Source of the DNA: a virus
Taxonomy: Duplodnaviria; Caudoviricetes
Length of the DNA stretch: 64,000 nucleotides
Virus record (IMG/VR): IMGVR_UViG_3300021964_010723
Strand: one strand, 5' to 3'
The stretch's first letter is position 1. The number at the start of each line of letters is the position of its first letter. The notes under the pieces were generated by a model. It had not been told where the DNA came from, did no database searches, and saw only the letters and a program-made list of their open reading frames with translations. Made by a program: the position numbers and the translations under genes. This document shows positions 21,101 to 29,344 of the stretch, piece after piece.

Positions 21101-21310
21101 ATTACTATCAAACATATAACTCATATCAGTGATAGGATCATTCCGTCTAGTAACAAATCCTTTACGACTGATAAATTTTAACGATGCTGGTTTAGTTGTC
21201 CAATTCGTTGCTGTAGGATCAGTTGCACTGTTTCTTAATGGATAATATTTAACAAATGCCGGTGGATTAGTTGCACTTGAAACACTTCTAACACTTGCAA
21301 AACTTGGCAT
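18188..21310 (-). CDS. DUF285 / BspA-like leucine-rich surface-repeat protein (1040 aa), five modules
   Basis: Many 25-aa FNQ(D/P)I(S/G)xW(D/N)VSxVTxMxxMF repeats, five YYP(L/M)(T/R)NxATDPT caps, terminal ...WGTCP; AGGAGG SD. Confidence 0.85.
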   Translation of the reverse strand: MPSFASVRSVSSATNPPAFVKYYPLRNSATDPTATNWTTKPASLKFISRKGFVTRRNDPITDMSYMFDSNTTFNDPDISSWDVSSVTNMFAIFTQANAFNQDIRSWNVSSVTNMGNMFVAASAFNQDISSWNVSNVTSMRYMFVAAHAFNYDISSWDVSSVTDMDSMFRENATFDQDLSSWNVTSMALDTTPHNFNFDSPLPTKKFPLFGRDGSQLKYYPMTNSGATDPTGSYWRSNAAPSSATWIGNRGYITDLADPITNMTGMFSNNSFFNDADLQHWDVSAVTTMYGLFQGAQTFNQNISSWNVSNVTSMRSMFWDALQFNQPIGSWNVGNVTNMESMFFGQGQHLRFNQDISNWDVSNVTTMEYMFANGSGTPYDATWEAYIGYPGFDQDLTSWNTSSMPIDTIPSAFSFGNKLSTTPRKFPLFGRDGSQLKYYPMTNSGATDPTDLNWRSNNAPSSATWIAGRGYITDITDPITNMYSMFASNNTFNDPDIVLWNTSTVTNMNAMFSMATAFNQPVGDWDVSSVTDMAYMFNGATSFNQPIGAWDVSSVFNMAAMFSTASSFNQPIGAWDVSSVFNMSAMFSIATAFNQPVGDWDVSSVTNMSFMFDNASAFNQDIGLWDVSLVTDMSFMFQKMSVFNQPIGAWGIKTSSVTSMRSMFDQTPTFNQDISNWDVSSVTDMVSMFRDANNFNQDLRWWDVSHIAAAPTDFSLNTNWTTKPLWGQTFTYYPLTNTATDPTHSAWRSSYAPAGGYRFKPNDGIYTLPGEPITSMHGMFRNNGSFNDPDIRLWDVSTVTSMYVTFIYAGAFNQDIGNWDTSSVNTMYGMFYGLTGFNQDISSWDTGNVTDMAYMFAYGYAFNQDLRWWDVSNIASEPTGFHYYGAGWTTKPLWGQTLNYYPLTNTATDPTYSSWRSNSAPAGGYRFKPNDGIYTLPGEPITNMNSMFQWNSTFNDPDIGSWDTSSVTDMGSMFNNARIFNQDIGGWDTSNVTAMYNMFQNCDFNYDLRGWCVTLITSEPFWFNAGGKLWNIHKPIWGTCP
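18487..19157. repeat. Direct repeat pair 18487-18653 / 18991-19157 (504-nt offset)
   Basis: Near-identical DNA encoding APAGGYRFKPNDGIYTLPGEPIT in modules 4 and 5. Confidence 0.85.
19963..20699. repeat. Exact 80-nt direct repeat 19963-20042 / 20620-20699 (657-nt offset)
   Basis: Identical CAGTAGGATCAGTTGCCCC...GTGGGAATTTC encoding KFPLFGRDGSQLKYYPMTNSGATDPT. Confidence 0.9.
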
Positions 21311-21319
21311 TAGACCTCC

Positions 21320-23563
21320 TTATTGATAAAATGATGCATTGGCTAGCACGGTGTAAGTAGCATCTGCAGTCTTAGTGATGGTATAACTGTAAACATCAAT
21401 TGCCGAAGCAGTACCGGCAATAGGAGCATTACCAAACGACCATACAGGTGTTACGTTTACTCCATCTATTTGTAGTTGGGTTGAGTAATATGCAGTTGCT
21501 CCTTGTGTAGCCATGTATACAACCGTAATACTTTCGTTGTTGGCAAGGTAACTGTTAAGAGTAGTAGTAGCATCTCCTCGAACGTTAATAGTCCAATTTT
21601 GTGTGCTGTCGCTGGTTTGATAAAAAATTTGATCATCTTTAGTATCTAAATCAACAGTTGCTGCTGGAGCGATTATTTGAACTGTTTCTTTAACCTCCTT
21701 AGCAAGTTGGAAACTGTAAGTGCTATCACCATCTGATGTTAATACTAAACCACTTGTAGTAGTTGGTGTGTTAGTAGTAAAATCTACATCAATTGCCTTT
21801 GATAGCTCAATCACAGCATTCCCAAAAATTTGTAAGTCAGTAGTACTAATAGCTTTACCAATCATACCAAATGTAGTAGGAGTTGTAGTTAGTGATCCTA
21901 GCTGGTTTACATAGTATACAGTATCTTTTACTAAACCTGCTTGACTTCTATTTATTGCACCTGATAAATCAATCAAACCTGTAGCAGTGTCTGCAATATC
22001 TTCTGCAGCAATACCTATCCAAGATGATGCATTAGAATTGATAGAAGCAAATGTAGAATAAGTTAGATAAGCAGGTCCTGTGCCGTAAGTACTAACAACT
22101 CTATCAATACCAACTGTAGCTTTATATTGTTCTGCCTGAGTATAATTAAACATATTAGATGTTTCGATACTATTTGCTAATGAAGGAGTTCCATTATTAA
22201 ATACTACATCTGCAATGTATTCTTCACCACCAGCATAAGGAAATTTCTTATAATAAAAATAAAATTGATCAATTAATTCTAAATATACCATTCCTAACCC
22301 AAGTACATCACTAGTAGCTGTGAATTCTACAGTGTTAAAAGTTAAAGTGTTAGCAACATTATCTATAGTTACTTCTCCTAACGAGGCTTTAAAATTATTG
22401 GAAATATAAGGTAAATATATTTTACCTTCACTTGTTTTATAATAAGGATTTCCAGGCGTATTTTGATTAGGAATTGTAGTCCACGCACCAAAAGTAATTG
22501 AATTATCACTATTAATTTGTGCAACTGCCGCTACTCTACCATTAGCATTATGTCCTACAAAAAATCTTTGTGCTGTTTGATCGTAAGCAATACCAAACCA
22601 TGTTGGACCTCCTGAAACAGTTAATGATTGTCTTGTTCCTAAAACAATATTTTGTCCATCCACATAACCTGCGTAACATCTCACATCTGTAGAATAATTG
22701 CAAATAATTAAAAACTTGCCAGTATCTGTATCATAGCCTATGCTAACGTTGTTTATATTGGGTTGATCTGTATCAGCAGCAATATTTCCCATTGTAATAG
22801 TGTTTGTTGCAGGGTCAATTTCAAAAGCAGCTACCCGTAAACCACCATCAGCATAGTTCTGTCCTTGGCCTACCCAAGCACATATAATTTTATTTGCGTT
22901 TTTATCAATTGTTACTGATAACTCATTAGTAATGTTAATGCTGCCAGCATACATATAAAATTGTAATTCAATTCCAAGTGTAAAACCTGTAGATGTTGCC
23001 TGAGCAACTACAGCATATAATGCGCCTCCGTTACTTCTAAACACAACATATCTATCCGTGACTTGGTCATAAATTACATTTGCTGCGAAGTATGGATCAG
23101 TTGCTAATGAATTAGAATCAGTAGCCGAAGCACTTAGACCTGATGTACCCGAAAAGGTGGCTTTTACATAACTACCATTATCATATACAACAATATCTCC
23201 TGCAGCAAAATTGTCACTCGCTGTAATTAATTTTTGACCGCTTCCTATAGTATCTAAACCTATACCATTTAATAACAATGCACCGTCTGTTGCTAAAGAC
23301 ATTGTTAAATTGTTATTATAAGCAAAATTTAGGGTATCTTGAGCATCCATGGATATTGTCCACTCCATGGATAAATCTCCTAGTACTGTAAGGGTGTTTG
23401 CCCGTGCAGTGCCTGTTACATCTAATTCTACACCCGGACTGGTATTTTTTATGCCAATTTTACCATCTGATGCTATAGTAAGTGCATCACCATTAAATGT
23501 TAAATTGCCTGTGAGATTTAAATTTTGCTCTAGCATTTCGCCAGATATACGTCCTAGTGCCAC
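21320..23563 (-). CDS. Tail-fibre / receptor-binding-like protein (747 aa)
   Basis: MALGRISG start, GIKNTSPGVELDVTG fibre motif, central beta-rich repeats, C-terminal IDVYSYTITKT domain. Confidence 0.55.
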   Translation of the reverse strand: MALGRISGEMLEQNLNLTGNLTFNGDALTIASDGKIGIKNTSPGVELDVTGTARANTLTVLGDLSMEWTISMDAQDTLNFAYNNNLTMSLATDGALLLNGIGLDTIGSGQKLITASDNFAAGDIVVYDNGSYVKATFSGTSGLSASATDSNSLATDPYFAANVIYDQVTDRYVVFRSNGGALYAVVAQATSTGFTLGIELQFYMYAGSINITNELSVTIDKNANKIICAWVGQGQNYADGGLRVAAFEIDPATNTITMGNIAADTDQPNINNVSIGYDTDTGKFLIICNYSTDVRCYAGYVDGQNIVLGTRQSLTVSGGPTWFGIAYDQTAQRFFVGHNANGRVAAVAQINSDNSITFGAWTTIPNQNTPGNPYYKTSEGKIYLPYISNNFKASLGEVTIDNVANTLTFNTVEFTATSDVLGLGMVYLELIDQFYFYYKKFPYAGGEEYIADVVFNNGTPSLANSIETSNMFNYTQAEQYKATVGIDRVVSTYGTGPAYLTYSTFASINSNASSWIGIAAEDIADTATGLIDLSGAINRSQAGLVKDTVYYVNQLGSLTTTPTTFGMIGKAISTTDLQIFGNAVIELSKAIDVDFTTNTPTTTSGLVLTSDGDSTYSFQLAKEVKETVQIIAPAATVDLDTKDDQIFYQTSDSTQNWTINVRGDATTTLNSYLANNESITVVYMATQGATAYYSTQLQIDGVNVTPVWSFGNAPIAGTASAIDVYSYTITKTADATYTVLANASFYQ

Positions 23564-23573
23564 TCATTTTTCC

Positions 23574-25544
23574 TTACTTGTCAAAGTTATGGTAAACTGT
23601 TATAGGTTTGCCTAGGTCAGGAGCTGATGTAAATTCTAAATATTGTCCAGTTGGTCTTACTAAACCAGTTCCTAACGCCTTACCTTGCACAGTGTACACA
23701 TATGCCTTACCACTTGTATCACCTGTACTATCATCTTCTTGATATGCACCTACTATTAGATGCGTGTTTGACACAGATACAGCAGATCCGAATTGATCAT
23801 CTTGTGCAGTACCAAACCCATTTGGATTAGCAATATCTCCTAATCTTGCTCCAGTAAGTAGATCATAAACATATACCACACCACTATTTGTACCATTAGC
23901 ATCATCTTCTACATGAGAGCTTACTACTGCATAGACATCAGATATGCTTACTTTAAAACCAAATCTATCTTCAGTAGCTAATCCAAATGGATTTGGATTT
24001 ACGATGCCTCCAAATTCATCATTTAAAAATTCTTCTTCTGCAGTAACACCATCCCAATCTGGATTATTATAAAATATTGGATCTAATGTTGTAGGAGAAA
24101 CAGGATCATTAGCTGGTAATTCATAAATATAAACTACACCTTGATCTATTTTGCTTGTAGCATCTTCGTTGTACGCTCCTACTATAGCATATCTATTAGA
24201 AATGTCTATGCTGTATCCAAAACCATCATCAACTGTTGCTGTATTAGGATTTGTTAGGGTGTATAGTAAAGTTCCTTGTATATTGTAAATATATACTTTA
24301 TTTTGATAAGTAGATCCTGATACAGGATTTGTACCAATAATTATATAATTGTCACTAATTGCTACAGTAGATCCAAACCAACTTCCTGCAGAATCTGGAT
24401 TTGGTATAATTGTATTATTTGGCAAATTGCTAAGATTAAATAGATATGCTGCACCTACTCCAGTTGTGATATTGTCTTCATTAGGTGCTCCTACAATTAG
24501 ATGTGTATTGGAAATTGAAACTGAGTAACCAAAATAATCAGTTGCATCTACCGCTCCTGTATTTGGACTGACAATAGAATAATCAGGTACTGCTGGATTT
24601 ATGTTTGCTAGATCATACAGATAAATTCTTCCAGAATCATTTCCTAATCCTACTCCTGCATCATCTTCTTGGAATGCACCTACTACAGCCCATGTATTAC
24701 TTATAGATACAGCAAACCCAAACAAGTCTTCAGTACCACCACCATAAGGATTAGGATTATCTAATTGATGTAAAAGTGTTCCTGAAATATCAAAAATGTA
24801 AGCTTTTCCTGATTCGGTAAACGTTGGGTCATCTTCTTTGTATGCACCTACTAATATTAAACTTGATGTATCATTGTTATTAATTGCCACGCTGTAACCA
24901 AAAAAGTCCTCAAAAGTAGTTCCAGCGTTTCCATTTGGATTCTTTAATGTAAGAATTTGATCTACTGATAGATCTATATTAGCTGTAAATATTGTTCCTG
25001 TAGAATTAGCAGATGCGCCTACTCTTGTAAAATCTGTTTGTTTTGCAGGATCTGTTCCGAGATTTGTAATTATGTATTCTTCGCCATTTACAAGATAAAA
25101 TACTTCTACTTCGTCACCGGTTCCTGTAGTAAAAGGATTTTCTACCATAACAAAATTTGTAGGAGCAATTTGGAATACATTTTCTACAAAAACAAGTATG
25201 TTGTTTGCACTTAAAGGAACAGGAAATGCTGCATCATTACTTAGTAACGGACCAAAAATTGTTTGTACCTGATCGCCTAAACTCATTAATTGTTTTGTAA
25301 TTAGACCAGGTTCTTTAAATCTAACAACTTGCCAAACATTATTAGCATAAAACTCAAATTCATTTATCGTGGTATTATATCTAACCATACCATTTACTGG
25401 TAAAGTTGGTTTGGTAGCTGAGGTTCCAGTTGGAATAACCATAACATTTGCATCTATAGATGCAAAATCATTACTTGCATTATATTTGTAACCTTTACCT
25501 GTGATGCTACGACTATTTGTTGTATGTTCTTTTATTAGTCTCAT
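23574..25544 (-). CDS. Virion structural protein with FG-GAP beta-propeller (656 aa)
   Basis: About seven repeats (D/E)xFGx(S/A)V(A/S/D)ISxxxx(V/I)(V/I)GAxxED...GxxYxY; N-terminal PTGTxAxxPxxPVNGMVRYNT motif. Confidence 0.8.
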   Translation of the reverse strand: MRLIKEHTTNSRSITGKGYKYNASNDFASIDANVMVIPTGTSATKPTLPVNGMVRYNTTINEFEFYANNVWQVVRFKEPGLITKQLMSLGDQVQTIFGPLLSNDAAFPVPLSANNILVFVENVFQIAPTNFVMVENPFTTGTGDEVEVFYLVNGEEYIITNLGTDPAKQTDFTRVGASANSTGTIFTANIDLSVDQILTLKNPNGNAGTTFEDFFGYSVAINNNDTSSLILVGAYKEDDPTFTESGKAYIFDISGTLLHQLDNPNPYGGGTEDLFGFAVSISNTWAVVGAFQEDDAGVGLGNDSGRIYLYDLANINPAVPDYSIVSPNTGAVDATDYFGYSVSISNTHLIVGAPNEDNITTGVGAAYLFNLSNLPNNTIIPNPDSAGSWFGSTVAISDNYIIIGTNPVSGSTYQNKVYIYNIQGTLLYTLTNPNTATVDDGFGYSIDISNRYAIVGAYNEDATSKIDQGVVYIYELPANDPVSPTTLDPIFYNNPDWDGVTAEEEFLNDEFGGIVNPNPFGLATEDRFGFKVSISDVYAVVSSHVEDDANGTNSGVVYVYDLLTGARLGDIANPNGFGTAQDDQFGSAVSVSNTHLIVGAYQEDDSTGDTSGKAYVYTVQGKALGTGLVRPTGQYLEFTSAPDLGKPITVYHNFDK

Positions 25545-25927
25545 TAAACTTCCAAATAGCTTACGACTGCTCCTAAATTTGTTAAATTTAATACAGGGTC
25601 GTTTGGTTGCGCTTGATATGTATCAACAGCTGGTTCAGCAAAAATTACAAGTCTATCACCTTCTGCTAATACAATTTTCTCCGTGTCAAATGTAAATGTT
25701 TCTTCTGGAGCCAGAGTTAAATTATTAATTACTCTGCTATTGTTAATTCCTGGTGTAGTTCCATCTGCTATAGGATCACCATTTGCGACCAAGTGCATGT
25801 TAAATGTTGCACTATCAGTAGAGCTATTGTTGCAAACCATTACTGTTGTAATTGCATAACTTTCACCAACTCCAGGTTCTAATAAAGTTAGGTCTGCATT
25901 TTGTAATCTAAAACCTTTTATTGCCAT
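25544..25927 (-). CDS. Small structural protein (127 aa)
   Basis: TAATG coupling with the downstream gene; similar to 13941-14261. Confidence 0.6.
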   Translation of the reverse strand: MAIKGFRLQNADLTLLEPGVGESYAITTVMVCNNSSTDSATFNMHLVANGDPIADGTTPGINNSRVINNLTLAPEETFTFDTEKIVLAEGDRLVIFAEPAVDTYQAQPNDPVLNLTNLGAVVSYLEV

Positions 25928-25936
25928 ATTGTGTCC

Positions 25937-26992
25937 TTAAAAAAGCATACTATATAAAATTGATCTATTTTTACTTATAATTTCGTCGTTAACATTGCTT
26001 TTATTAATAAAATATAAACCAGTATTGCCTGTTCCTTTTGTTTTGCTATAAAGTTTGACCCCAGCTGCTGGAGCAAACGGGTCTGTTCTAACATCATCAG
26101 CATGGGGAGTTTCTGTTAGTTCTAATACATCATCAATTTTAACCGATGCTACTCCAGGAGCACTTAACTCTAAATCTACATCTATTGTGTTTGTTGTGAT
26201 AGTTGCTGCGGTAAATTTTAAACTATTAAAAATAGTTCTATCGTCATAGACTGTAAATCGCACATTTCCGTCAATTTTTGCTTCTGCTCTACTTTCTGAA
26301 CCATCTAAATCAAAATCGTATACTCTAAAATTTGTGTCAAAGTTTTCTATACCAGATTGAACTCCAATGGTGTTAAACGCATATCTAACATAATCAACAA
26401 CTGCCTGCGTATTTGGAATGCTATCAGCGTCTAAAATTCCATCATTACCGTTATCTAATATGTTTCCGTTAACGTAATTAAATATCTTCTCTTCATATGC
26501 AACACTATTTGTAACAGAAATAATTTCGTTACCTACGTCTATCCATAATGTACCTGGACTTTTAATACCAGCTACTTGAATAGGTCTAGTGATAGATAAA
26601 AAGCCGTTATCTTCTTCAAATGTAAAGGCTCCAAAACCTGTTTCACCGCCAGCATTCCAATTTATTGATTCATCAAACGCTATTCTAACTCTATTAGCGT
26701 TTTCACCTCGATCTATTTCAATTCCAGCTTTGCCATTATTAGCTATTATTCCAGCTATACCGCTGCCATCTTCATATTTGTTCAAAACAATAATATTATC
26801 AAGAATATCTGTATTTTGTGAATTTACTGTGGTTGTTTGACCTTTTACTAATAAGCTACCATTTACTACAACTTCGCCAATTAGATTGCCATTACTATCT
26901 ACTTCTCCTCGACTTGTATCAAGGATAATATTTTTACCAGATTCAACTTTAACAATATAATTCCCGTTTTCTACATTCAAAACTTTTGACAT
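25937..26992 (-). CDS. Virion structural protein (351 aa)
   Basis: Beta-rich; DNIIVLN...GIEIDRG motif seen in myophage fibre/structural proteins; operon context. Confidence 0.55.
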   Translation of the reverse strand: MSKVLNVENGNYIVKVESGKNIILDTSRGEVDSNGNLIGEVVVNGSLLVKGQTTTVNSQNTDILDNIIVLNKYEDGSGIAGIIANNGKAGIEIDRGENANRVRIAFDESINWNAGGETGFGAFTFEEDNGFLSITRPIQVAGIKSPGTLWIDVGNEIISVTNSVAYEEKIFNYVNGNILDNGNDGILDADSIPNTQAVVDYVRYAFNTIGVQSGIENFDTNFRVYDFDLDGSESRAEAKIDGNVRFTVYDDRTIFNSLKFTAATITTNTIDVDLELSAPGVASVKIDDVLELTETPHADDVRTDPFAPAAGVKLYSKTKGTGNTGLYFINKSNVNDEIISKNRSILYSMLF

Positions 26993-27007
26993 ATTTTATT
27001 CCAAAAT

Positions 27008-27030
27008 ATGTAGGCACAAAGTGCCTACAT
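27008..27030 (-). terminator. Intrinsic terminator-like hairpin
   Basis: Perfect 10-bp stem ATGTAGGCAC-TTT-GTGCCTACAT followed by ATTTT, just after the stop of 27039-27488. Confidence 0.7.
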
Positions 27031-27038
27031 TTTACCTA

Positions 27039-27488
27039 TTATTCGTCTTCAACGAAATCAGTAGCATTTAATCCAGCATCATTATCGCCTGCTTCTTCTA
27101 CTTCTACAGCACCGTCATCTAGAGCTGTTGAGAAGTTCCATGGAATTGATTTTCCGTCATAAGCATTTGTCCCTTGAGCTGTTGGAGCAATTACTGTCAT
27201 TTTACGTCCAGCAATTTTTTTACAATTGTATGTTTCTTCGTCGTCTGCTTTTACGGATATCGACATTTCAGTACCAGTTAGTGTTGCAGGTAATTTACCC
27301 CAAGTAAGAAATCTATCGTAAGTTGGTGTACCACCTGTTCCAAGTTCTGCTACTCTAAATTTTTTGCTGCCTAATTGCTTAACAATGTATCCTTGTACAA
27401 CACTGGCTGTGGCCCAAAAATCAACTTTGATTTCTTTACCTGCTGCAGTAGGTGTTCCAAAGAATTTTTTATTAATTGGTCTTCCCAT
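27039..27488 (-). CDS. Hypothetical, probably structural protein (149 aa, MGRPINKKFFG...)
   Basis: AAGGAG SD, own late promoter and structured leader, own terminator. Confidence 0.7.
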   Translation of the reverse strand: MGRPINKKFFGTPTAAGKEIKVDFWATASVVQGYIVKQLGSKKFRVAELGTGGTPTYDRFLTWGKLPATLTGTEMSISVKADDEETYNCKKIAGRKMTVIAPTAQGTNAYDGKSIPWNFSTALDDGAVEVEEAGDNDAGLNATDFVEDE

Positions 27489-27586
27489 TTTTTTCTCCTT
27501 GTTAGAAGTCCGATCCGGGTTCTATCCGGTACGCTGTGGGTCAGCATAAGTCCACCCTTGTGGCACACTATCGCACAAAGTATTTA
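27489..27586 (-). promoter_or_regulatory. Late promoter (TAAATA 27586-27581) plus GC-rich structured 5' leader (candidate cis-regulatory RNA)
   Basis: Three consecutive hairpins: CUUUGUG/CACAAGG, UAUGCUG/CAGCGUA, and CCGG/CCGG with an AUAGAAC loop, all ahead of the SD. Confidence 0.55.
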
Positions 27587-27715
27587 TCAAGTTTTAGGCT
27601 TGTTTTGTTTTTGTGCTAACCATGCTTTTTTTGCCCAGTTTGGCAAATCTTTAAAGCGATAGTTAGTTAAGCCTATTTGTTCATTTTCGTCTTGATCTAC
27701 TAATTCTCTGTGCAT
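27587..27715 (-). CDS. Small hypothetical protein (42 aa, MHRELVDQDENEQIGLTNYRFKDLPNWAKKAWLAQKQNKPKT), not in the ORF track
   Basis: AGGAG SD 5 nt upstream of ATG; overlaps the iscU 3' end and fills the gap. Confidence 0.5.
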   Translation of the reverse strand: MHRELVDQDENEQIGLTNYRFKDLPNWAKKAWLAQKQNKPKT

Positions 27716-28086
27716 TGCTTACTCCTGTAATCTTTTATTGCTGCTTTTATAGCATCTTCTGCTAAAACTGAACAATGAATTTTTACTGGCGGTAATGCAA
27801 GTTCTTCTACTATTTCTGTATTTTTTATTTCAAATGCTTCGTTAATTGTCTTGCCCTTTACCCATTCTGTTGCTAAACTACTACTTGCAATAGCCGATCC
27901 ACAACCAAATGTTTTAAATTTTGCATCAACAATTTTTTCATCTTCTACACGAATTTGTAATTTCATAACGTCACCGCATTCCGGTGCACCAACTAATCCT
28001 GTACCAACATCTGCTGCTGATTTGTCTAAACTGCCTACGTTCTTAGGATTGTTATAGTGTTCTAATACTGCATCATTATATGCCAT
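27700..28086 (-). CDS. iscU: Fe-S cluster assembly scaffold IscU (auxiliary metabolic gene)
   Basis: HYNNPKNVG, GAPECGDVMKLQI, FGCGSAIASSS and LALPPVKIHCSVLAEDAIKAA: all three Cys, the Asp, the His and the LPPVK motif are present. GGAG SD. Confidence 0.97.
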   Translation of the reverse strand: MAYNDAVLEHYNNPKNVGSLDKSAADVGTGLVGAPECGDVMKLQIRVEDEKIVDAKFKTFGCGSAIASSSLATEWVKGKTINEAFEIKNTEIVEELALPPVKIHCSVLAEDAIKAAIKDYRSKQCTEN

Positions 28087-28100
28087 GGTTTTTTCTCCAT

Positions 28101-28134
28101 AAAAAAAGGTTCTATAAAAGTATTTATAGAACCT
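28101..28134 (-). terminator. Major capsid gene terminator containing an embedded TATAAATA late promoter
   Basis: 12-bp stem AGGTTCTATAAA-TACT-TTTATAGAACCT followed by a T-run on the minus strand; TATAAATA at 28128-28121. Confidence 0.8.
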
Positions 28135-28158
28135 AATTTTATTTTCAGTAAAAAATTA

Positions 28159-29331
28159 TTAGCTGAAACTTACGTTTGAAGCTGTAATTTCTACTTTATT
28201 CAAGTAATCAGCAGCATTACCAAGAGATGAAGCTGTATTTGTTAATTCTACATATCCATATCTTGTCATAAAGCTAACTACTGGCTCGAATGTAGCTGGA
28301 TCAAGTACTGTTCCACTGCTCATCAATGGAATGTATGGACAGTAGAATGCAGCAGCATCGCTTTCACTTGAACCTTTGTAACCAATAAGTACATCAGTGT
28401 CATCACCTGCATATGTATCAACATATACTTTCATAGCATTATTTAATGTACCAACAAACTTTGTATTTGTAGGAGCTTCAAATGTACCTTCTGTTGTTCT
28501 AGCAAATGCACTGGTAGTTGCACTTTGTAGAATTGTCAAAGCAAACGGAGAAACAACTGCCCAGTTAGCAGCGCCTCTTCTTGTTCTTTGAGCAACAACG
28601 TTTGCAGCTCTGTTAATCAATACTGCTAATGCAGCATGCTCGTCGCCTACGAATGTAGCTGTACCAGACACTGCTGTTTGATCATATGCACCTGTAGAAC
28701 CACTTAAAGTTCGTAAACTTTGAAGGACTTCTTGATCAATCTCAGCGGTAATTTCTTGTGCTAAAGCTGCCATAATTTCAGCTTCAACATCAATTCCGTG
28801 CATTGCTTGAGCATCTTGAGCAGCTTCGAAGGTCCAGCGAGCGCTGAGCTTTCTTGTTTTAGCTTCAACAGTTTGCTTCAAGATTTGAATTGACATTCTT
28901 CGACCAGCTTGACCTTCTAAAGAAGCTGTTGCGTCTGGTCTACCATTTGGATCTGTTCCAGTACCGGAGTAGCTGTTAGCAATCTTAAATGGTGACAATG
29001 CTTCTTCACCTGCGGTTACATCTCCATTTGACATTGTATCTGAATATCGTACACGGAGTGTATGAATTTGACCTACTGGTCCTGTCATTGGTTGAACACC
29101 AACTATTTCGTTAGCAATAACGGTTGGCATTACCCTTCTAATAACTGGTAAAATTACTCTGTTTAGGGTAGCAATATTACCGGCTGCTGTACTTCCAGCG
29201 GTTGCACTTTCAAGTAAATGCTTTCTTGTATTTTCCAAAGTCGTTGCCATGACGCTTTTTTTCGTGCCTTGTAGGCCTTCTAGAAGTGCAGCTCTAGTAT
29301 CCTGCCAGCGACTCTCTAATAATTCTGACAT
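28159..29331 (-). CDS. gp23: Major capsid protein (T4 gp23-like)
   Basis: GVQPMTGPVGQIHTLRVRY, TVEAKTRKLSARWTFEAAQD, EITAEIDQE, FYCPYIPL and F..RYG motifs. Confidence 0.96.
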   Translation of the reverse strand: MSELLESRWQDTRAALLEGLQGTKKSVMATTLENTRKHLLESATAGSTAAGNIATLNRVILPVIRRVMPTVIANEIVGVQPMTGPVGQIHTLRVRYSDTMSNGDVTAGEEALSPFKIANSYSGTGTDPNGRPDATASLEGQAGRRMSIQILKQTVEAKTRKLSARWTFEAAQDAQAMHGIDVEAEIMAALAQEITAEIDQEVLQSLRTLSGSTGAYDQTAVSGTATFVGDEHAALAVLINRAANVVAQRTRRGAANWAVVSPFALTILQSATTSAFARTTEGTFEAPTNTKFVGTLNNAMKVYVDTYAGDDTDVLIGYKGSSESDAAAFYCPYIPLMSSGTVLDPATFEPVVSFMTRYGYVELTNTASSLGNAADYLNKVEITASNVSFS

Positions 29332-29344
29332 CTCTTATTTCTCC

